Both the position numbers and the translations under genes were made by a program. DNA of 58,500 bases, the filler included, from Basidiobolus ranarum (Eukaryota), in NCBI GenBank assembly GCA_040143965.1. It is 9 parts of 9 records of this genome, joined end to end, with 100 filler letters (N's around TTAATTAATTAA, not from the genome) between each part and the next. Parts side by side here need not be neighbours in the genome. Positions count along the whole stretch, not along the records: positions 45,604 to 52,002 come from JASJQH010008198.1; positions 52,103 to 58,500 come from JASJQH010008199.1; 7 more parts are not named here. One strand, 5' to 3'. The notes beneath the pieces were generated by a model. The model was not told the origin of the DNA and did no database searches. It saw only the letters and a list, made by a program, of their open reading frames with translations. Positions 50,084 through 58,500 of this stretch are shown here, one piece after another. How positions within the stretch are numbered: position 1 is the first letter of the stretch; each line of letters opens with the position of its first letter.

Positions 50084-50990
50084 AGTTGAAATTAAGTAAA
50101 TAGCAACTCATTATTTGGTAGCTAGTTTATTCATATTCTGGTTATTTAGCACTTAACTTGGTCATTCCAAAATATTTATTTATTGCTCTAATGGATATTT
50201 CTATCAATTGGATCACTTTTACCAATTTTCACTATTTTATCAAATCTTCTCCAAATCACTTCATATTTTCTCCCACGCCTAACAGGCATATTTATTTTGT
50301 CTATACAAATCCCATAGTCCTATTTCATAGTAAACCACAAATAAGACTTAATCAATTTAATAAAACTCAAGTGTCTAATTTACAAATCCAAATCTTGCCC
50401 AAAATACTGCCAAATCCCCTAACCACTTTTATCAGTTTATGAGCCCCAAGCTAGTTGTTAAAGCAGTATCTACCATTACTATTACCAATGCTTTGCATAC
50501 ACAGAGAAGTTTGATGGTGTAGACTTTAACCTTTGGAAGTTCAAGATGCAAATGGTGCTAGAAGATGAGGGCCTATAGGGATTTGTTACAGGAGAAGAAG
50601 TAGAGCCAAAGGGACCACCAGAAGCTACCCTAGCATTTCACAAGAAGCAGAGGAAAGCACTCTCTACAATTTGTCTACATTTCCAAGACTGTCAATTGAG
50701 GCATATACAATCAGCCAAAAATGTTCAAGATACTTGGGAAACACTTGAGGGACTATATGAGACTAAAGTCTGGCTAATAGGCTACATCTTAAGCAAAAGT
50801 TATTCTGAATTCAGATGAACTCTTTTGATTTTTGGCTTAATCATATAAATTAAATAAAAATTAAGGCAGATCTGCTCTCATCCATTGGAGCAATTCTAAA
50901 TGAAGATGAATTAGTCATTACACTACTTGGGAGCTTGCTAGACAAGTTTGGAACTCTCATAATTGCCCTACAATCAAGATCAGAGCCATT
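50084..50990 (+). mobile_element. Copia 5' end: LTR D (to 50434), PBS, decayed gag
   Basis: LTR matches 42132-42483; GTTTATGAGCCC; KFDGVDFNLWKFKMQMVLEDEGL; LLGSL-like motif. Confidence 0.82.
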
Positions 50991-52102
50991 GGACTTGTTC
51001 CATTGGACCAGGTCAGATTGTGCTGCTTGATCCAGCCTGCTAGTACACCATCTGGTGCAATCTGTCAATTACCATGGCTGGATCCTATAACTCTTGATTG
51101 GTCACTCTAAGAAACAATATGGCACTATCCCACCACAATTGGATATAATGATTTTTTTGGAGATATTATGCCAGCCTGTTGCAAGTTACCCATTTAGTAT
51201 TGCCAAATTAATATTTTGGGTAACTGACAAAGCAAGTTCATCCCCTAGTTTGTAACCTATGGATTACTGAATGTGTACCAATAAACAATTTATACTCTAA
51301 CCTACCTAATCAAATCTATAACTGAGTCATTCACATATTTTAGGCCAATCATTAGTCCCTGACTAAAACAGTATCCTGATATTCAATTGGGCCCAATGGC
51401 TCCAGCATTACACAACACCAGTAGTTTTGGCATGCTGGTGACAAATCACAGCACTCAATGATGGATCAATCTGCAGTATGATAGTAGTGATCAGGATTGC
51501 TTGATTCATCATTTTTAGATCAACATCTTATCCATTCAATCACAGAAGCTTCTAAATGGGTGAGAATGTGAAAGGATTGAGCCATATCAAGCCAATAAGG
51601 CTGCAAAAGCTGTTTATTGACTGACAGTTTTCTTTTAATTGTAGTGAAAACACTTGTATTAAAATGTATCTTTGATTTTTTTGATATATGACAATTTCAC
51701 TCTATCAGTGTTTCATAATGACATAAGCAATTGTGATCCCACTAAAGTGATTTATGCTATATTTAACCGCAATCCATATTAATTTTGTAAAATGTACTAA
51801 ATGATAAAGATAGGATAATGTAACTATTAACAAGAGTGCTCAGCAGTTACCCAGGTTTGAAGTGGTACATGCTGATTTGCTTATGTTATTTTGTTGTCTC
51901 CTTGATATTTCCATGGATGGAACTTTGCTTGAGCCTCTGCACTGAGTTGGTTGGTTTGATCCTGCTGAAGTTGCTCTACCTCAGCCAGCATAAGTTGTGG
52001 CTNNNNNNNNNNNNNNNNNNNNNNNNNNNNNNNNNNNNNNNNNNNNTTAATTAATTAANNNNNNNNNNNNNNNNNNNNNNNNNNNNNNNNNNNNNNNNNN
52101 NN

Positions 52103-52760
52103 AATTGTGTGCAAACAGTACATGACTTCAGGTTTTTCAGATCACCAGTGAAAGCCAAACAACCATTTGGACATGAAGGTAGCTTAATTACTGAAGGATT
52201 ATAAGTCATACAATTGACAAGTGTTTTCCACTTGTACCAGGTCTGTGGAAAGCAACAATTGCCAATCAACTGTAGTAAAAGTGTAAGAAAACCAATAAAC
52301 ACCTGGTTGCTAAGATTGGATTGAACTCTCCACTCCTCTATAATAAAGCTTCTTCCTTTAGTGTAAGTGTTTAGAGTGGACTAATGCTTGCTGATAACAA
52401 AGAGTCCATAACAAAACTTTATTCTTTTCTTAAACTTTGGACACATGACCATCAGTACTGGAATAATTACAGTCAACATCTTGCAGCAAGTCCTTAAAGT
52501 TGTCTGAACTTTTTGATTTGACCAAAGTTGTATTTCTACCTATATCATTATGATCATATAACTGTGATAACTTGATGTTATTTTGACTTTTGTCTGTGTT
52601 AACAAAACTTTGAGGCTGAGTAAAGTCAGTGGACTCAGAAGGCAAAACTGATTTCAATTTTATGCACTTATTACTGTTGATATTCACCAGGCTTTGTGCA
52701 GCTGGCAGCTTGGTACAGTAACTGTGCTTGTCATTATTTTTTCTATGAAGCCTCTGGCTT
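52103..52760 (-). mobile_element. Decayed CACTA-like transposase 5' fragment
   Basis: CPNGCLAFTGDLKNLKSCTVC; inverted paralog of 56840-57465. Confidence 0.65.
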
Positions 52761-53009
52761 TCATAGCACAGGCATTTGTGATATTAATAGCAGGGCTTCT
52801 TTAAATATTTGTGTTGCAGCATGAGAAGGACATTGTAGAAAATAGAACTTCTCCTATGTAAGGGTTGTGCTCTATGTATAGCCCATGTATATAATCAGCT
52901 GATTCTAAGAGTGTCACAGATGAGGAATTGGGGAACTTACAAGATATTTTGGTAATAGATGGCAATTGTGGTTTATTAGATGCAGTTGCTAAGCAATTTT
53001 ATTATATCA

Positions 53010-55095
53010 GATTTACCATCTGAAAATTTCAATGCTCATTAAAAAGCATTCAAAATCTAAATTAAAATTGGCTTCCAAGCTAAAGCCTGCTGGTGTGAAA
53101 GGAAAAAAACCAATAAGAACAGAGGACTCAATTGATGAGCAGTTTAGCAATCCACTATGCACTTTGAAAGACACTCACATGCTAGAAACTAACTCAAGTA
53201 ATGATGAAGCATTAATCAACTTACTAGATGTTTTTCTTTCCAGCAACAGTGCAAGTGAAGAAACTGTAATCTATCAATTACATAGTAAATCATTAGTTGA
53301 GCAAAGGGCAACCAAAACACCCACAAGACCATGAACTTCTAAAATGGCCACTTTGCCCACTGTAGAACAACTCTCCATAGAAAAATTGAATAGAGTAATT
53401 ACAATAAGGGAATTACAGGCAGAGCACCATAATGATTGGTGGTGATCATAAGTAAAAAACTAAAAAGTTGCTATATTGCGCATGACAAGCATTAATGCTG
53501 TAATATCACAATTGATGCAGCATTTGGAAGCCACTAGCCAACAGTTAGAGAGTCACTCACCAATGACACCGGACCCTCAGAATGCTGTACTTAGGATAGG
53601 ACAACTTGCTGCTCCCTCCATCCATTCTCATATGAGATTTCAATCAATAATACCATATGAAAGTCACTATGAAAATCTAACAGAGCAGTATATATGCAAG
53701 ACCATTAAGCATACACAACAACCTCAAGTTACTTGGGCACATGAAAGTAGAAATCTCATAGGAAAACTGAAAATCAAAAGACTCTGAATGTCAGAGCTGC
53801 CATCACTTGCTCTGATGATGAATGATTTGCCAATTTGGAAACTGTGTGGAATCTTGCCCAAAATCACCAGGATTTGAGCCAATTGTGGAAAAACAAAACC
53901 AGGTGTTACTCTGAATGTTCTTGACTTATTTCACGTACCTTATCCTGGGCTTTTGCAGGCAATTGGCAATTGGGCTTGTAAAGGCCTTTCATGCAACAAC
54001 TCAAAAATGTATGCAATTATTGACTTGGAAAAGAAAAAAAAACAGCTAAAGAAGTACTCAAGGAGCAGGAATTTAGTAAACCCAAGGGAAGCACAAAGCA
54101 GCCAGTGAGTATAGGCTCTACTGTCCCACTTACCAAATTCTTCACACCGTACAAAGATCTGCATTTCCAGAGTCAGATGTACTGGCAAAAAAGCTTATTT
54201 TCACCATGGAACCAGGTACACCAGTTGGAATAGTATGCAAAATTGGAAGTTTATCCAACATCTGGCATCTCTCACCAAGCCAAAATACCAGCAAATAAAA
54301 CTCATGGCTCTCCAACCTCAACTGTTTCATTTTAAAGTGTTGAAATTAGCCCAAAACTTGAAGGCATGCAAAAAGCCACCAAAACATCACAAAGCACCCT
54401 CAGTAGTGTCACACTAAATTAGCCCATAACTTGAAGGCAAGCAAAAAGCCACAAAAACATCAGAAAGCACCCTCAGTAGTGTCACACTACAAGGACATAC
54501 AAAAATAGCAAAAGTGCCTGAGGAGTATTTTCAAAAGTATGAAGGGGTAAATGCAGTGCAAGTGTGCAGAAAGTGGCTTCAGAAGAAGAACATTCAACTT
54601 CACATTCAGTCTGGTGCTGACCATACAGATATCTGCAAAGAACTTAGTTCAGAGTGGCACAATGTTGTAGGGTATCTGCCAGATAGCTGGAAGTATGTTG
54701 ATTCAGCAACATTAATACAATGATAGGCTTTGATAAAGATATTGATACAAACTTGTGTTGGGAATGAGTTAAACCTTGAGTATGAAAAAACCTAGAAAAA
54801 TTTGCAGCAGAATAAGAAACTAGATATTTCAAAGGTGATGAATTGGCATTCAAGTGGTAAAGGTGTAAAATTTGAGTTATACTTTTTGCAGATGTGTTGA
54901 ACCATGGTTCTCTGGCATTATAGCCAATCATGTGCTACCATTTTGCAAGATCTTGAAATTTCACTCCTGTAACTGAAAAATTGATTAAAATCACATCTAA
55001 CTTGAAGATTTTATGATAGTTAGTAAATGGTAAATTCTAAATGGATTAAAATTGTGATGGTTTTCCTACAATAACAATCCTCAAATTTCTGTTAG
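53010..55095 (+). repeat. Repeat family C, longest copy, with a 73-bp tandem duplication (54343-54488)
   Basis: Decayed ORF pieces shared with the other copies; ends ATTTCTGTTAG. Confidence 0.75.
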
Positions 55096-55679
55096 AGCTT
55101 TCCTCAGTTGTTTTTGGTGTTGGTTTTGGGTTAGTAGTTTCTTTTTTGACTTTGTTAGTAGGTGTTGGGGTCAGGCTTTCAGTAAATAAATAGTAAGGGC
55201 AACTTCAGTCATAACAACTTGCTGGATCAAATATGCTCCAATATTTTCAAGTTCTTGGGTAAATTGCTTGGTTGGCATCTTTGAGGAGCTGGTTTAGCAA
55301 AGCCTCCAAGTCAAAAATTGAGTAGGTATGGCATGGTTCTCCACAATTTTCCAGCAAGTGTCCTTTTATTGGGCTCTAGTCTTGTAGTATTGAAGGGTTA
55401 TGTTTGAGTGCTAACATGATATCATCTTCACAATAAGGTGGTATTTCCTCAGTGATTCAATCTTGAGGAACATTGTAAGCTTGGCACAAACATTTCCATC
55501 TCCTGATGAATGCTTGAACTTTGGTTGCATCAAAAAAGGGAGTTCCTGGTTATCTGTATAATAGTAGTATTAGGGTTAACATGTTGAATGAGGGGTAGTA
55601 GTAGTCTTTCTTGTTGTAAGTCTTCAGAGAGATTCAGTTGAACCCTCCACACTGAGTGCCAACTGTAGTTGCCTTACAT

Positions 55680-56748
55680 TGTAAGTAGCAACTATAACTT
55701 CAATATCTTCAGGGTTTTATGAGATGTCCTAAGGGTCCAACAACTATGGTTGAATAACTCTGGGATGTAGTATGTGTCTGTCTCTTGCCTGTTGGGTCTT
55801 TGTGAATGGGAATCAAGCCTATAGATATGTCTAAGGACTGATCAACCACAATGCAATGTCCAGCTTTCTGTTGAATAATATCCTGGCACCTGACAAAAGA
55901 ATATACTGGCTTCAACATCCTTTGAGAAAGGTCAGATAAAAACAGTATATCCAATCAAAAACAACTGTCATCTCAGCCAGCAGGGTCCTGAATGAGGATG
56001 TGCTAGTATGGAATTTTAACAAGAATATCAAAGTTCCTTGCTTATGTAGACAAAGCCAGGGAAAGAATACAAAGTATCAGAAGTATAACACCTATCTCTC
56101 AGCACTTCCTTTGGGCCAGTCTAGTCCTTTCTAGTCACAGAGTAGCCTGTAAATACCTCTAGTAATCTCTCTTGAGCTTGCTCTTCAAAGGTCTTGTAAG
56201 TAGTGATGAAAATAAGTGGTGATTACAAGTAGTATTTGTAGTTAAAAAACCAGATTTTTTTTATTTAAAAAGATATGGCCCTTATTTATACTTTTATGAA
56301 GGTAGAAGTGATTACTAATGAGATTTTCTGGAGAGTTCCTGAGAATTCTATTGGTAGGGATCTCAGGATATGAAATCATTATAAACCATAAGATTAGTAA
56401 CCCATGGAATGTTCCAGAAGATTGTGGAATAATCCAGAAAGTCATGGAATATTTCAGCAAAATCAAGTTTTTGATTGGTCAAAATTCAATTATCATCAAA
56501 CATTCCAAGAATCTTTTGAAATATTATGGTTGATTGCACAAGTTTCCAGAAAATAGTGGGACTAATGTAGCTTAATTTTGATAAATATCAAATAATTGAG
56601 GAGAGTACTACTAATTTGATATGATTGGCTAAAAAAGATGGGTAAGTCAAATATGCAGAACAAAATAGAAGTTGTGAGATAGTAATGATATGAGCTAGGA
56701 ATGGAAATAGGTCCACCTACCAGTGGGTAGCCATGCTACCCCACTACA
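55680..56748 (-). mobile_element. LTR-like repeat family B, second copy
   Basis: Reverse-complement similarity over the full length of 11585-12656. Confidence 0.75.
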
Positions 56749-56839
56749 CTGCTACACAAATATTTAAAGAAGTCCTTCAATTAATGTCACAAATTCTTGT
56801 GCTATCACAGCCAGAGTCTTCATAGAAAAAGTAATCACA

Positions 56840-58300
56840 AGCATGGTCTTGTACAAAGCCATCAGCTGTATGAAGCCTGGTGAATATCAATAGTAATCAG
56901 TGCACAAAATTGACTTTAGTTTTGCCCACTTAGTCCACTGACTGTGCTTTACCTCAAAGTTTTTGTAACACTACTGAAAGTCACAAAGCCATGCAGTTAC
57001 CACAGTTAATGACCAGAAGGATGTAGGTAGAAAAGCAACTTTGGTCAAACCAGTAAGTCTAAGCAACTTTGCAGACAAGCTCCTAGATGTTGACCTTGTT
57101 TATTCCAGTACTTTTAGTAGTATAGTAGACCATAAAGAAGAAGACAATGATTTTGTTACAGACTTGTAGTTATTGGCAAGCATTAGTTCACTGATAACAC
57201 TTACAGCAAAGGAAGCAGCTTTGATTATTGAGGAGTAGAGAGTTCAATGAAATCTTAGCAACCAGGTGTTGACTGGTTTTGGTACAATTTAACCACAGTT
57301 GATTGGCAACTGTTGCTTGCCACAGACCTGGTAAAATTGGAAAACACTTGTCAATTGTATGATTTATAGTCCTTCTTTGGTTAAGCTACCTTCATGTCCA
57401 AAAGGAAGTCTAGCTTTCACTGGTGACCTGAAAAAACTGAAGTCATGTAATGTTTGCACAAAATTGGCAATCACTGAATTACTGAATCAGGTTAATATTG
57501 TTCATATTTTGCTTGTGTGCTGTTGATTCATATTCTTAAAGTTTTGATGAAATCACCCAAATATTGAGCATCAATCTGTTCCAAAGTACCCACCATCAAG
57601 CTGGTGGTAATGCCAATTTTTTGATGGATATCACTATCAGAATCTGAAAAGTCAAGGTTTGTTTGAAAACATATATTAGCATGCATTTGCATTGGCTCTG
57701 GATGGTTCCTCACTCCACAAAAATACTGTTGAAAAGGCTTGCTGGCCAATAGTTTTGATGAACTTGAATCTTTCTCCTGCTAAACAGTATAAAAGTCGGG
57801 ATATCAAGATAATAAACATTTTATCTGGACTTACATCACCAGTGCTTGTAGATAGCTTCTTGCAGCCTTTAATTGTGGAATTTGTATGGTTATCTAATGG
57901 GATTCCAATGAGTAAATATTTTTTTAAAGCTAACATCATTGAATGTATTGGTGACACTCCTGCTTTCAGTACACTTGGAGGCTCTTGCAGGCAAAATGAA
58001 CCATCTTGCTGTAGATTTTGTCAAATCAATGAAATTTACTCTACCTGGCATATGCTGTATTACTGACCAAACATAACATCAAGCTGCATGATTTTAACAT
58101 CAAGAGCCCAGTCATATTTTAACATGCTCACCGGTATCAATACACCTAATAGTCAGTCTAACATCAAACTTGGGATCAGCTGTTTGCTCAATATTGTATT
58201 AGTAAAGTGGATCAGCTAAGGCCAGAGCTTAGAGCTAGGCACTATGCACTTACTATTCAACAATGTTCCAATATTACTTACTGAGCTATAGAGTGGAAAA
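56840..58300 (+). mobile_element. Decayed CACTA/En-Spm (Transposase_21-like) transposase
   Basis: LALDG...CWPIVLMNLNLSP...SFLQPLIVEF...CIGDTPA....G......CCRFC pattern. Confidence 0.7.
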
Positions 58301-58376
58301 CTCAACACAAATGAGCCATGCCAGAGAGGATCCAAGTTTCAAATGATTGGAAAAATGCTTGAAAACATCATGATAC

Positions 58377-58463
58377 TGTTAAAATTAGCATTGCCTAAAC
58401 ACCATATGGTCATATTTAGCTTAGTACTTAGTTTTTTTATATTTCACTAAAATATTATCTATT
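58377..58463 (+). mobile_element. LTR A 5' fragment interrupted by another repeat
   Basis: TGTTAAAATTAGCATTGCC, then an abrupt switch to sequence shared with 50990-51029. Confidence 0.7.
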
Positions 58464-58500
58464 AGACTTGTTCCATTGGACCAGGTCAGATTGTGCTGCT

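Noticed and set aside
54343-54488. Two 73-bp direct repeats as a CRISPR-like array
   Set aside because: Only two adjacent units with no spacers; a simple tandem duplication inside repeat family C.

Overview
Eukaryotic, intron-rich, AT-rich DNA that looks like an early-diverging fungus (inferred from gene content and intron style; species not determinable). The window is not contiguous genome: it is nine ~6.4 kb contigs, apparently sorted by decreasing length and joined by artificial 100-bp N44-TTAATTAATTAA-N44 spacers. Host genes: a PA-TM-RING E3 ligase, the 5' part of a poly-HAMP (Nik1/Os-1-like) histidine kinase, an MFS sugar transporter, a RasGEF-like/PH/RhoGAP (Bem2-like) gene, a tetraspanin, a CMGC kinase fragment and a peroxisomal 2,4-dienoyl-CoA reductase. 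About half the window is decayed, CpG-depleted Ty1/copia, Ty3/gypsy and CACTA-like repeats. The standout is the contig at 19581-25989: a tRNA cluster (Gln-TTG, Ser-AGA, Ile-AAT, Asp-GTC) carrying a full-length, intact APE-RT non-LTR retrotransposon (ORF1 + ORF2, minus strand) inserted into the tRNA-Asp gene. Its 14-bp target-site duplication is exactly tRNA-Asp nucleotides 1-14, so a complete tRNA gene is regenerated, and its (TA)n tail is complementary to the primer end at the target. This is a candidate tRNA-gene-specific fungal LINE; specificity cannot be shown from one copy.
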